From a virus (Duplodnaviria > Caudoviricetes), in IMG/VR virus record IMGVR_UViG_3300023119_000004: a stretch of 64,000 bases of DNA; one strand, written 5' to 3'. Numbering within the stretch: position 1 is the first letter of the stretch; every line of letters begins with the position of its first letter. The notes under the pieces were generated by a model, which saw nothing but the letters and a program-made list of their open reading frames with translations, made no database searches and was not told the DNA's origin. The translations under genes were made by a program, and so were the position numbers. Below, piece after piece: positions 11,210-21,155 of this stretch.

Positions 11210-11824
11210 ATGACAGATAAATTTAACGAAAAACAAGGTATTCTTTTACAAGGATACATCAAGATTACAGACCCAAATACTGGAGAAATCCTGGTAGATA
11301 AGCGAAATGCTATCCACTATGAAAACATGAGTATTTCATTAGCGGAAAGTCTATCAAACCAAGGACAAGGCATGATTTACCAAATGGCTTTTGGTAATGG
11401 AGGTACTTCTGTTGATCCTACTGGAATTATTACATATCTGTCACCAAACTCAACAGGAACTAACGCTTCGTTATACAACCAAACTTATGCTAAAGTTATT
11501 GATAATAACAATGTTAATAACACAGATCCTACAAGAAACAAATTAGAAACACGCCACGTAAGTGGAACAAATTATACAGATATCATTGCAACTTGTTTGC
11601 TAGACTACGGTGAGCCAGAAGGCCAAGACGCACTAGACAATGCAACAGGTAATGAGAGTTTATATGTTTTTGATGAACTAGGCTTAGTAAGTTATAGTTC
11701 TTCCGGAACAGGTAGATTGCTAACACACGTAATTTTCCACCCAGTACAAAAATCATTAAACAGACTTATTCAAATTGATTATACTGTTAGAGTACAATCA
11801 CTAACAGGTTTTAACGAGGCGTAG
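11210..11824 (+). CDS. Putative baseplate/tail structural protein (204 aa)
   Basis: Intact ORF between the giant structural gene and the fibre genes, preceded by a late motif. Beta-rich composition with C-terminal IDYTVR. Confidence 0.6.
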   Translation: MTDKFNEKQGILLQGYIKITDPNTGEILVDKRNAIHYENMSISLAESLSNQGQGMIYQMAFGNGGTSVDPTGIITYLSPNSTGTNASLYNQTYAKVIDNNNVNNTDPTRNKLETRHVSGTNYTDIIATCLLDYGEPEGQDALDNATGNESLYVFDELGLVSYSSSGTGRLLTHVIFHPVQKSLNRLIQIDYTVRVQSLTGFNEA

Positions 11825-11827
11825 TAA

Positions 11828-13870
11828 ATGGCATACACAGTTAGATATACGGACTTAGCAAACAAAGGAAGCGTTGTAGTTGAAGACAACACTATCAACG
11901 AACAGACTAGTTTGCAATTACCAGGCAGAAATACAACTGCTTATGGAACTGCCATTGCTGAAAACTTTTTACATCTATTAGAAAATTTTGCTTTTAATAG
12001 TGCTCCTGATAATCCTGTTGAAGGACAATTATGGTACGATACAACACCGGGTGTTGATCAATTAAAAATTTATGACGGTACTAACTGGGTTAGTGCATCA
12101 GGTTTAAAGAAAGGCAACACACAACCAGCGGCAAACCAATCAGTTGTTGGCGACTTGTGGGTTGACACAGATAATCAACAGTTATACTTGTACACTGGTG
12201 CAGGTTGGATCTTAGTAGGACCAACTTTCTCAGATGGATTAGCAACAGGTGCTAGAGCATCTTCAATTATTGGTACAGACAATGTAACATATACAGTTAT
12301 TATTATTGAAGTAAGAGCAAAAACAGTAGCAATTATCGCAAGTAATGCCTTTACTCCAAAGACAACACTTGAAGGCTTTACATCTATTAAGCCAGGATAT
12401 AATTTAAGTAATGCTGATATTACAGGACAAGGTGTCGGTAAGTTTTACGGTACATCAGAAAAAGCAGAAGCATTAATTGTTAATGGTGAATCTGTACCGG
12501 CAAGTAACTTTGTAAGAAGCGATCAAGAAACACCGTCAACTGTTCCATTAAGAATTAAAGCCAACGGCGGCCTAACAGTTGGTGCTGATAGTGCGATGAA
12601 CATTGGTATTGAAGGCCAAGCAGGTATTATTTCGCACAGAACATCAGGATCAAACATCGACGTTCGTGTTAATAACGAAGGAGAAACAACAACAGTTATT
12701 CGTGTTGATTCAACAGCAAAAGTTGGTATTAACAATTTATCACCAGACCAAAGTTTAGACGTTGTAGGTAACATTCAAACAGATAGTAAAATACTTGTTG
12801 AAGGTGTAACAGATTCATCGTCAATTAGTACAGGATCAATTATCACTAAAGGTGGTGTTGGTATTGCTAAAAAACTTTTTGTAGGAAGCGATACAAATAT
12901 TGCAGGGTTATTAACAGCAGGTAATATTGTTCCTAACATTACTGTAACACGTAACTTGGGTACACAGAATGAACAATGGTTAAATGTTTTTGCACAAAAC
13001 TTTGTAGGTAACTTAACAGGTAACGTTACAGGTGCTGTTAGTGGTAGATCAGGATCTACAGATAAACTTGCTTCAGCAACAACATTTAGATTAGTTGGTG
13101 ACGTAAGTGCTCCAGAATTTACGTTCGACGGACAAGACGAATCCGTTAAAACTTTTGATACAACAATTAGTAACACATTCTTAGCAACAAAACCTGAGAA
13201 GGGCGAGTCACAAACAACAGACGAATTCATTTTTAATAGAACTACTCCAGACACAGAAGGCGATACTGGTGTATTTAAAATTAGCCGAACTAACCTATTT
13301 AAAGCGATCCCTACACTCCCAATTGGAATGATTACTCCATTCGGCGGATTAATTATGCCAGATGATTGGTTATTGTGCGATGGTAGAGAAATCTTAATTG
13401 CAGAATACCAGAACTTGTTTAACGTAATCAAGTATAACTTTAAAGATCAAACACTTGTTTCCGCAGGTAGATTTGCACTACCAGATCTACGTGGTAGATT
13501 TGCATTAGGACTTGACGACATGGGCGGAGAAAGTGCAAACCGTGTAACAAGTTCAGCGGCTGACACATTAGGTAACGTTGAAGGTTCAGAAAGCAAACAA
13601 ATTGCTACACAGAACTTACCAGAACACGAACACGATTTAAGAGGTCCTACAGGAGACCAATACTACACAATTAGAGATATTACAGGAACTCCAAATGACC
13701 CACAAGGTATTGTTTATGATGCTCCAACTGGTACAGGAGCAGGACAAGCATATCCATCATCAGGTGGTATATTAACTAACCAAGGATTAGGGCAGGCGTT
13801 AAATGTTATGAACCCGTATATGGCGTTGAACTATATTATATACGCAGGTGAAAATACAGGGAATCTATAA
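11828..13870 (+). CDS. Tail fibre / short-fibre protein with C-terminal phage tail-collar domain (680 aa)
   Basis: N-terminal ENFLHLLENFA..GQLWYD module shared with the next two genes. Tail-collar signature PIGMITPFGG..WLLCDG..FALPDLRGRF, C-terminal LPEHEH..NPYMALNYII. Confidence 0.8.
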   Translation: MAYTVRYTDLANKGSVVVEDNTINEQTSLQLPGRNTTAYGTAIAENFLHLLENFAFNSAPDNPVEGQLWYDTTPGVDQLKIYDGTNWVSASGLKKGNTQPAANQSVVGDLWVDTDNQQLYLYTGAGWILVGPTFSDGLATGARASSIIGTDNVTYTVIIIEVRAKTVAIIASNAFTPKTTLEGFTSIKPGYNLSNADITGQGVGKFYGTSEKAEALIVNGESVPASNFVRSDQETPSTVPLRIKANGGLTVGADSAMNIGIEGQAGIISHRTSGSNIDVRVNNEGETTTVIRVDSTAKVGINNLSPDQSLDVVGNIQTDSKILVEGVTDSSSISTGSIITKGGVGIAKKLFVGSDTNIAGLLTAGNIVPNITVTRNLGTQNEQWLNVFAQNFVGNLTGNVTGAVSGRSGSTDKLASATTFRLVGDVSAPEFTFDGQDESVKTFDTTISNTFLATKPEKGESQTTDEFIFNRTTPDTEGDTGVFKISRTNLFKAIPTLPIGMITPFGGLIMPDDWLLCDGREILIAEYQNLFNVIKYNFKDQTLVSAGRFALPDLRGRFALGLDDMGGESANRVTSSAADTLGNVEGSESKQIATQNLPEHEHDLRGPTGDQYYTIRDITGTPNDPQGIVYDAPTGTGAGQAYPSSGGILTNQGLGQALNVMNPYMALNYIIYAGENTGNL

Positions 13871-15678
13871 TGAGTTATAAATTAAATAAAACAGATGGAA
13901 GTTTGCTTGTAGATTTAGTAGATGGCGTACTAGATACAACAACTACTGACATCTCTTTAATTGGTAAAAACTACAGCGGCTTTGGTGAAGCATTTAACGA
14001 AAACTTAATTAGACTATTAGAAAATTTTGCTAGAAGTACAGCACCGACTAGGCCACTAACTGGTCAAATCTGGTATGATACATCTGAACAAAGATTAAAA
14101 GTTTATAACGGTGAAGAATTTAGAACATCAGGTGGTCCAATTGTTGCTAACAGCCAACCTTCGAATATTGTTGCAGGTGACCTTTGGATTAACAACGAAA
14201 CTAATCAATTATTTTTTAGTAAAAACGGAAGTGATTTAGAATTAGCAGGTCCAATTTGGACTGCTGGACAAGGCACTACAGGATTTAAATCTGTCACACT
14301 ACTTGATACACAAAATAACAGTAAAGTTATTTTAGAAATGTGGATGGCAGGAGTACTTGTAGGTGTATGGAGTTCAAGCGAATTTGTTCCGGCACCGGCA
14401 TACGCAATCACAGGATTAGACAGAGTACTAAAAGGATTTAATGTACTAGCAGATGAATTCCACTTTAGAGGTAGAGCAACTGCTTCAGAAACACTTATTA
14501 CACAAAATGGTATTGCAAAAGGTGCAAACGCATTCCTACCTACAGACGCCGATGGTGTTACAGTTGGTGCATTAACTGTTGCAAACTCTTCGGGTATTAC
14601 AATTGGTGTTTCACAGAATAATCAACAAAAAGTTGTTGGTACAACATTTATTTCAGAAAACCAACTTTCAAATCATGATTATAAAATTAGGGTTAGAAAG
14701 ACAACAGGATTTGTTGACGCTATTACTATTGATACTAGTGAATCAGCAATTGGTATTTTCCAATCAAATCCGCAATACACATTACACGTAGGCGGATCAA
14801 TGAAAGTTGACGGTGAACTATTATTACAATCACCGGCTGTTAACATTGAAACACAAAATTTAAGAGTTGAAGATAAAAATATTGAACTTGCAGTAACTAG
14901 TGATAGTACAGTATTAAATGATGCAAGTATCGATTCAGGTGGTATTATTCTAAAAGGTAGTGCCGGCGATAAAGAATGGATTTGGAAAAACTTTGGCAAA
15001 TGGTGGGAGTCAAGTGAAAACATCAACGTCCGTGATACTAAAGGTTATTACGCAGACGGTGTTGAAGTTCTTAACAAAACAGAAATCGGTTCAACAGTTA
15101 CAGATGCACTAGGACTAAACAGAATTGGTACACTACAATATCTAAATGTAGATGATGTTAACATTAACGGTAGTAAAATTGCAAATAGCACAGGTCCGTT
15201 ACAATTAGAAAGTAATGGTGCTATTACAATTACTAACAATCAAAAAATTACAGGACTTGCTGAACCAACAGATAATACAGATGCGGCAACCAAGTTTTAT
15301 GTTGATGACCAAATTAACATTGAACCGGTTGTAATGAGTTTAGATATTACAGGCTTAAATAACTCACAAATTGCTTCAATTATTGAGGACATTTATCCAG
15401 CAGGTAACAAGAAAGCAGGAACTTATGCTTATGTAGCAACAACAACACTAACTGGTGCTACGGTTACAGGTGTTGATGTTGACTCTGTTAAGAATATTTC
15501 AAGGATTGCAGTTGATTCAAATGGCGTACAAAACGAATCAGTTGTACAGGATATATCATTTGCGTCAGCAACTGGTGCTGTTAATGCATCCGTTTCAAGG
15601 GGATTAAAACGCTTTGTCGTATCCACAGGACAATGGCAGTTTGACACAGATCTTGGATCTAGTGGTGGATTGTGGTAA
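13870..15678 (+). CDS. Tail fibre / baseplate fibre-connector paralogue 2 (602 aa)
   Basis: Same N-terminal module (GKNYSGFGEAFNENLIRLLENFA..GQIWYD). Contains the fibre-type motif PTDNTDAATKFYVD. Start overlaps the previous stop. Confidence 0.7.
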   Translation: MSYKLNKTDGSLLVDLVDGVLDTTTTDISLIGKNYSGFGEAFNENLIRLLENFARSTAPTRPLTGQIWYDTSEQRLKVYNGEEFRTSGGPIVANSQPSNIVAGDLWINNETNQLFFSKNGSDLELAGPIWTAGQGTTGFKSVTLLDTQNNSKVILEMWMAGVLVGVWSSSEFVPAPAYAITGLDRVLKGFNVLADEFHFRGRATASETLITQNGIAKGANAFLPTDADGVTVGALTVANSSGITIGVSQNNQQKVVGTTFISENQLSNHDYKIRVRKTTGFVDAITIDTSESAIGIFQSNPQYTLHVGGSMKVDGELLLQSPAVNIETQNLRVEDKNIELAVTSDSTVLNDASIDSGGIILKGSAGDKEWIWKNFGKWWESSENINVRDTKGYYADGVEVLNKTEIGSTVTDALGLNRIGTLQYLNVDDVNINGSKIANSTGPLQLESNGAITITNNQKITGLAEPTDNTDAATKFYVDDQINIEPVVMSLDITGLNNSQIASIIEDIYPAGNKKAGTYAYVATTTLTGATVTGVDVDSVKNISRIAVDSNGVQNESVVQDISFASATGAVNASVSRGLKRFVVSTGQWQFDTDLGSSGGLW

Positions 15679-15681
15679 AAG

Positions 15682-15689
15682 ATAAATAG
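15682..15689 (+). promoter_or_regulatory. T4-like late promoter motif (ATAAATAG)
   Basis: In the 32-nt gap upstream of the ATG at 15711. Confidence 0.55.
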
Positions 15690-15710
15690 TAACATAGGGG
15701 TTAAAAAGAA

Positions 15711-17198
15711 ATGGCATATACTATTGATAGATACAACGGCACTACACTAACAGTAGTCCAAGACGGAACTGTAGACCAGACTACGGACATTAAACTTGTC
15801 GGTAAAAACTACGCTGGATACGGTGAAATTCAAAACGAGAATTTTTTACATTTATTAGAAAACTTTAGCGGAGCAAACCAACCTCCCAAAGCCATTTCAG
15901 GACAGGTTTGGTATGATTCTTCTTCAAGTAAATTAAAATTTTACGATGGTTCTAAGTTTAGAACAACAGGTGGTGCAGAAGTTAGTGCTACAGCCCCAGC
16001 AGGTTTAGCGACTGGAGACCTTTGGTGGGATTCAGCAAACGAGCAATTATATGCTTACAGCGGAACAGGTTATGTGCTAATTGGTCCACAAGGTGCAGGT
16101 ACTACAGTTACACAGATGGTATCAGCATCAGTTAGAGATACAACAAACACAAACAGAGTGATTATTAAAGCCGTTGTCAACGATGAAGTAATTTACATCA
16201 TTAGTGGAGCAACATTTACTATTGACTCAACAGATCCGCAAAACGCAATTACAGGATTTGACGTAGTTAAAAAAGGCTTAACATTAAGAAACACACAAAA
16301 CGCAACAGGCGGTGTTACAAGTACTACTGATTACTATTGGGGTACAGCAAGTAACTCATTAAAACTTGGCGGTTATACCGCATCAGACTTTGCACTAGCA
16401 GGATCAGGATCATTTACATCACTTGTTAGTTTTGCAGATGCAGGTATTTCAATTGGTGATTCAAACGATCTTAAGATTTTTATTGAAAATGACAACGAAG
16501 GTGTTATTAAAAATGACGTAGGACGTAAAATTCACGTTAGAGTTGATAATGCACAGGGTGTTGAGCAATCAGTATTTACAGTTGAAGATACAGGTGTAAT
16601 GCCAGGTGCAAATAACACATACGATTTTGGTACAAACGTTGCTAGATTTGCAACGATGTATGCAACAACATTTGACGGTGAAGCAACTTCCGCACAAACA
16701 ATGAAAGTTGGTGCTAACTATCGTTATCCAGATACTGCGTCAACATTTAATACTGTTGCTGTTAGAGATGGTGCAGGTAACTTACTTGCAAACGAATTTA
16801 CAGGTGTTGCTTCAAGTGCAAAATACGCTGACTTAGCAGAGAAATATACTACAGGAACAGATCTTCCGGTAGGTACTATTGTTGCTGTATGTGATGGAAT
16901 TGAAGATGTTGAAGGTGCTGAAGTAGAACCAGCAGAAGCAGGATCAATTCCAGTAGGAGTTGTTTCAGATGCACCAGCATACTTAATGAACAGCGAAGCA
17001 GAAGGTCAAGCAATTGGTCTTAAAGGTCGTGTTCCAGTAAGAGTAAAAGGGTTAATTAACAAAGGCGAAGCAGTTTACGTTGATATGGATGGTGTAGGTC
17101 ATTCGGTCAAAGGTGAATATATAGTGGGCGTTGCTTTAGAAACTTTCGAACCAGAAGGTGACGAAGAAGGCCTAGTAGAATGTATATTGAAGGTATAA
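15711..17198 (+). CDS. Tail fibre paralogue 3 with C-terminal Peptidase_G2-like intramolecular-chaperone domain (495 aa)
   Basis: Same N-terminal module (GKNYAGYGEIQNENFLHLLENF..GQVWYD). C-terminal AKYADLAEKY..GVVS..P..GLKGRVPV pattern. Confidence 0.7.
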   Translation: MAYTIDRYNGTTLTVVQDGTVDQTTDIKLVGKNYAGYGEIQNENFLHLLENFSGANQPPKAISGQVWYDSSSSKLKFYDGSKFRTTGGAEVSATAPAGLATGDLWWDSANEQLYAYSGTGYVLIGPQGAGTTVTQMVSASVRDTTNTNRVIIKAVVNDEVIYIISGATFTIDSTDPQNAITGFDVVKKGLTLRNTQNATGGVTSTTDYYWGTASNSLKLGGYTASDFALAGSGSFTSLVSFADAGISIGDSNDLKIFIENDNEGVIKNDVGRKIHVRVDNAQGVEQSVFTVEDTGVMPGANNTYDFGTNVARFATMYATTFDGEATSAQTMKVGANYRYPDTASTFNTVAVRDGAGNLLANEFTGVASSAKYADLAEKYTTGTDLPVGTIVAVCDGIEDVEGAEVEPAEAGSIPVGVVSDAPAYLMNSEAEGQAIGLKGRVPVRVKGLINKGEAVYVDMDGVGHSVKGEYIVGVALETFEPEGDEEGLVECILKV

Positions 17199-17204
17199 AG
17201 TAAA

Positions 17205-17597
17205 ATGGCAATCACAAGAAACATAAACCCAAATAGACCGCAAAGAGGCAAAAGGTCTGTAAAACTAACAGGAGAAGCGTCTCCGCAAGAAATACCTCTA
17301 ACTGCTGGCACGGTGACATTGATTGCCAACGGCTCAGGAACAACCTTTACACTGGCTAATGGTCAAGAAGGACAGATGATGACCTTTGTGGCAAGTTCAG
17401 ATGGTGCTGGCAACATAAACGATATTAGAGTAAACTGTAGAGCAAGATACGCATTTGACAGCGGCGGCACAAGAATCACAGGGTCAAGTAGCACAGCAGA
17501 ATGGGCACCATTCACGGCTTCACAAGAACATTCAATGGCCTGGGCAGTATTCACAGATGGCGAATGGTGTTGGAGTCAAGGTACTAACGAGGAATAA
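17205..17597 (+). CDS. Small putative virion structural protein (130 aa)
   Basis: Intact ORF in the structural operon, Gly/Thr/Ala-rich beta character (TFTLANGQEGQMMTF). Confidence 0.5.
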   Translation: MAITRNINPNRPQRGKRSVKLTGEASPQEIPLTAGTVTLIANGSGTTFTLANGQEGQMMTFVASSDGAGNINDIRVNCRARYAFDSGGTRITGSSSTAEWAPFTASQEHSMAWAVFTDGEWCWSQGTNEE

Positions 17598-17607
17598 GGA
17601 ATAGACA

Positions 17608-18498
17608 ATGGCAGTCGGTGATATTATTACAGCCGCAAGGTATAACAACTTGCAATCTCGTGTAGCAACAGTAATGGGAGTAGGCTCCGGTGATGACGGA
17701 TATGGTCAAAACCTAGCAAGTTCTCAGGTAGCAACTAACGCTATTGTGTTAGCAACAGATATGCAAACACTTTATACTGACTTAGCAAACGCCAGAATTC
17801 ACCAAACAGGTACACAGCCTACAGAAATTGCTTTTATTAATCAATCAGACATTATTCTTGATAGTGATACTATTAACAAAAAAGGTGTTGTACAGTTTGA
17901 AAACTTAACTACTTCAGCAGAAAATGACAAATTTGTTATTGCTGGTTCACAAGCAAGTGCAGAACCAGGAGTACAAGCACAGTACACACAAAACTGGAAT
18001 GGTACTTTATCTCATATTTTTGATGTAGTATTTGCAGATGCAGATCATCGTAGACAGTATTTCAATGCAGGTGGCGAAATTAGACTTGCGTCTAATATTA
18101 CATATACAGGAACTAGTGCTAAAACTATTGACTGGATGACAATGTTGGTAAACATTGGTACAGTTAAATTTAACTACACGTCAACACTTCCAACAGGAAC
18201 TGGTACTGGTAGTGCAATTGGTTTCCATGATCTTACAACAGGTCCACAACAAGTGTTTATTAAAAACGGTAGCGGAAACTATGCCGCAAACAACTATAAA
18301 ATCGAAGCACAACTAAATGGTACTACTAGTGTTAGATTTACAGTAACGTTTAACGATGATAACACAGGTAACCCAAATACAGACGAAAACGTTTTGGGTA
18401 CACTTAACAGCACAATTACTCAATTAAGAGCAACTGGTAATGCTGTTGAAGTCCAATCACCTACATATACTAACGAACCAAGTTCAAATCTAACTTAA
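17608..18498 (+). CDS. Putative virion structural protein (296 aa)
   Basis: Thr/Asn/Gly-rich, last gene of the structural run, GGA-type RBS upstream. Confidence 0.55.
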   Translation: MAVGDIITAARYNNLQSRVATVMGVGSGDDGYGQNLASSQVATNAIVLATDMQTLYTDLANARIHQTGTQPTEIAFINQSDIILDSDTINKKGVVQFENLTTSAENDKFVIAGSQASAEPGVQAQYTQNWNGTLSHIFDVVFADADHRRQYFNAGGEIRLASNITYTGTSAKTIDWMTMLVNIGTVKFNYTSTLPTGTGTGSAIGFHDLTTGPQQVFIKNGSGNYAANNYKIEAQLNGTTSVRFTVTFNDDNTGNPNTDENVLGTLNSTITQLRATGNAVEVQSPTYTNEPSSNLT

Positions 18499-18501
18499 TC
18501 C

Positions 18502-18536
18502 TTGCATTTTAGATCTAAATAGTGTATAATACACTA
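18502..18536 (+). promoter_or_regulatory. Composite promoter: sigma70-like TTGCAT-N17-TATAAT with TAAATA in the spacer and a perfect 17-bp palindrome over the -10
   Basis: TTGCAT 18502-07, TAAATA 18516-21, TATAAT 18525-30, palindrome TAGTGTAT-A-ATACACTA 18520-36, then AGGAG RBS before the ATG at 18548. Confidence 0.7.
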
Positions 18537-18547
18537 AAGGAGATCTT

Positions 18548-18898
18548 ATGGACGAACGATTAGAAAAAGCATTAGACTTTGCCAATTATATGACTACCCT
18601 AAATAACCAAAAAAGAGTAGCAAAAGAAAAGTTCTATGAAACAAACGTCTATTATTTTAATGGTGGACAATTTAGTGTAACAAAAGAACTACTAAACTTT
18701 TGTAATATGTTGGTACAGTCGGGTCAAGAAAACGTTGTGTTAATTGACGATAATGATATTCCTGTACGTATTGAAAAAATTGATGACTTTTATAGCGAAG
18801 CATTAGACATTTATTTTACAGCAACTAACGAATATCACACAGAATACGAAAAAATTAGAACTAACAGGAAAGTATCTGGACTTGTAGAGTATGAGTAA
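18548..18898 (+). CDS. Hypothetical protein (116 aa), first gene of the enzyme island
   Basis: ATG with AGGAG RBS; stop overlaps the next start. Confidence 0.6.
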   Translation: MDERLEKALDFANYMTTLNNQKRVAKEKFYETNVYYFNGGQFSVTKELLNFCNMLVQSGQENVVLIDDNDIPVRIEKIDDFYSEALDIYFTATNEYHTEYEKIRTNRKVSGLVEYE

Positions 18899-19736
18899 AG
18901 GAGCATTAATTTTTGCTAGAAACAATGCTCAAATAGATTACATCAAACAAGCACACTTTTTAGCAAAACGTATTAAAATATATTTAGGTATACCTACAAG
19001 TATTGTTACAGACAGTATTGAATACTTGCATTCGGCGTATCCTGATTACCAAGAAGTGTGGGATAAAGTAATTGAAGTGCCTTTTCAACAAGGTATTAGT
19101 AACAAAAGATATTATGACGGAAGTAATGTCTTTAAAAACTTAGAATTTAAAAACGACCTAAGAACACAAGCATACGATCTAACACCATATGACGAAACAT
19201 TAATGTTGGATAGCGATTATATTATTGCTAACGATTTATTTAAAGAGTGTTTTACATCAGACCACAATTTTCAAATATACAAAGATGCAAAAGATTTGTC
19301 AGGTTTTAGAGAAGTAGCAGAATTTAAAAATATTAGCGAAACAAGTGTTGACTTTTATTGGGCAACAGTAGTTTATTTTAAAAAGTGCAAAGAAGTAGAA
19401 ACATATTTTAACTTAACAAAGCATATTCAAGAAAATTGGCAACACTATAACAGTATATTTCAAATTAATAAAGGAACATTTCGCAACGATTGGGTGTTTA
19501 GTATTGCTATTCATATTATGAATGGTTATCAACATGGAGACTTTGCAACACCTCTGCCAGGAACAAAGTATTTTACTACTGATAGAGATATTCTATGGGA
19601 ACTTGATAAAGAAAACTTTTTGTTCTTAATCGAAAAGAAAGACCATTTAGGAGAATATACGCCTTTAAGGATTAAAGGTAGTAATGTACACGTTATGAAC
19701 AAGTTTAGTTTAACAAGGATTATTGATAATGAGTAA
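18891..19736 (+). CDS. GT-A fold (GT8-like) nucleotide-sugar transferase
   Basis: TPYDETLMLDSD (DxD) motif and WATVVYFKK. Clear paralogue of the next gene. Confidence 0.6.
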   Translation: MSKGALIFARNNAQIDYIKQAHFLAKRIKIYLGIPTSIVTDSIEYLHSAYPDYQEVWDKVIEVPFQQGISNKRYYDGSNVFKNLEFKNDLRTQAYDLTPYDETLMLDSDYIIANDLFKECFTSDHNFQIYKDAKDLSGFREVAEFKNISETSVDFYWATVVYFKKCKEVETYFNLTKHIQENWQHYNSIFQINKGTFRNDWVFSIAIHIMNGYQHGDFATPLPGTKYFTTDRDILWELDKENFLFLIEKKDHLGEYTPLRIKGSNVHVMNKFSLTRIIDNE

Positions 19737-20565
19737 AGGATTTGTATTCATTGCACAAAACAGTGAAGACGATTATGTAAAACAGGCTTGTTTGTTAGCA
19801 ATGAGTTTACACGCTACACAAAAAGATCCTAAAATTTGCCTAATTACCAATGACGAAGTTCCTGAAAAATATGTATCACTGTTTGATTGTATAAAAGAAA
19901 TCCCCTGGGAAGATAGTGCAATAGAAGCAGAGTGGAAAGTACAGAATAGATGGAAAATTTATCATGCTAGTCCGTATGATGAAACTATTGTAATGGACAC
20001 AGACATGGTTGTATTGCAAGATTTAGAAAGTTGGTGGAACTTTTTAAGTAATTATGACCTATATTTTGTAAGCAAGGTGTTTACTTATAGAGGAGATGAA
20101 GTAGTAGATAACTATTATCGTAAAACTTTTATTGCTAACGAACTGCCAAACTTATATGCAGGGTTTCATTACTTTAAAAAGAGTGATTTTGCAAAAGAAT
20201 TTTATACTTGGTTAGAACTAGTTATGAATAACTGGGAACTATTTTATGGAAAATATGCTAAAGAACTATATCAGAAATCACTATCAGTAGATTTAAGTGC
20301 GGCTATTGTTGCAAAGATACTAGACTGTGAAGAAAAAATTACTAATAAGAAAGCAACCATACCAAGTTTTACACACATGAAGCCTAGAATACAAGGTTGG
20401 TACAATCCAAGTGCTACTTGGCAAAGTAGAGTTGGTAGTTATCTAACAGATGACCTTAAATTAAAAATAGGAAATCATGCTCAAACAGGCATTTTTCATT
20501 ATACTGAAAAAACGTTTGCATCAAAAGATAAGATTTCAAAGTATGAAGGAGTGTTAAAACTATGA
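19729..20565 (+). CDS. GT-A fold (GT8-like) nucleotide-sugar transferase, paralogue
   Basis: SPYDETIVMDTD (DxD) and YAGFHYFKK. The ATG at 19729 (MSKG, as in the paralogue) is preferred over the TTG at 19723. Confidence 0.6.
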   Translation: MSKGFVFIAQNSEDDYVKQACLLAMSLHATQKDPKICLITNDEVPEKYVSLFDCIKEIPWEDSAIEAEWKVQNRWKIYHASPYDETIVMDTDMVVLQDLESWWNFLSNYDLYFVSKVFTYRGDEVVDNYYRKTFIANELPNLYAGFHYFKKSDFAKEFYTWLELVMNNWELFYGKYAKELYQKSLSVDLSAAIVAKILDCEEKITNKKATIPSFTHMKPRIQGWYNPSATWQSRVGSYLTDDLKLKIGNHAQTGIFHYTEKTFASKDKISKYEGVLKL

Positions 20566-21155
20566 TTACAATGAGACCTCCTGTTGTTATTGATAAAAGA
20601 TATGCTATCTTTAATCCTACAAATGGTGACTTGATTAGTGTTACTAATTCACAACCAAAAGAAGGAAGTTATATTCCAGTAGAAGAAAAAGAGGTATCTA
20701 GTATTGTTAATGGTACAGAACCAATGTCATATTATTATGTACATTATAACAAAACTAAAAAAGAATACCAGTTAAGAACTAGGAACAACTTTGATATTGA
20801 TAGTTACTATGTTGATGATCTTATATATGAAGTAAAAGAAGAACAAATTAAAGACGCAGATATACGTATTACTAAAAATGTAAAAGATACGTGTTGGAAA
20901 TTTAGTATTGGCGGAGATTTAAAAGCAAACATACTTGCTCAAAAAGTAAGTTTTAAACAAATTATGTTTTTTTCAATTACAAAGAAAAACGATCCAAACA
21001 TTTTGTACAAAACAATCTCTTTTAACTTTGAAGATTTAGTTGACGGTAAGTACATTGTATTGCCATTTGATAGTAAATTTGAATTTGATAACGAACCAAT
21101 TGGCATTTATACAATTAAAAGATTTGACAAGTATATGTACGAGGTAATTAAATGA
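20562..21155 (+). CDS. Hypothetical protein (197 aa)
   Basis: Coupled overlaps at both ends; no recognisable motif. Confidence 0.55.
   Translation: MITMRPPVVIDKRYAIFNPTNGDLISVTNSQPKEGSYIPVEEKEVSSIVNGTEPMSYYYVHYNKTKKEYQLRTRNNFDIDSYYVDDLIYEVKEEQIKDADIRITKNVKDTCWKFSIGGDLKANILAQKVSFKQIMFFSITKKNDPNILYKTISFNFEDLVDGKYIVLPFDSKFEFDNEPIGIYTIKRFDKYMYEVIK

Noticed and set aside
974-17554. Many minus-strand ORFs (60-218 aa) antisense to the structural genes, e.g. 12775..13431, 10811..11236, 7973..8341
   Set aside because: They are shadow ORFs of Thr/Gly/Val-rich genes with biased codons. They are Pro/Ser/Leu-rich, have no RBS or motifs, and are fully nested in well-supported genes.
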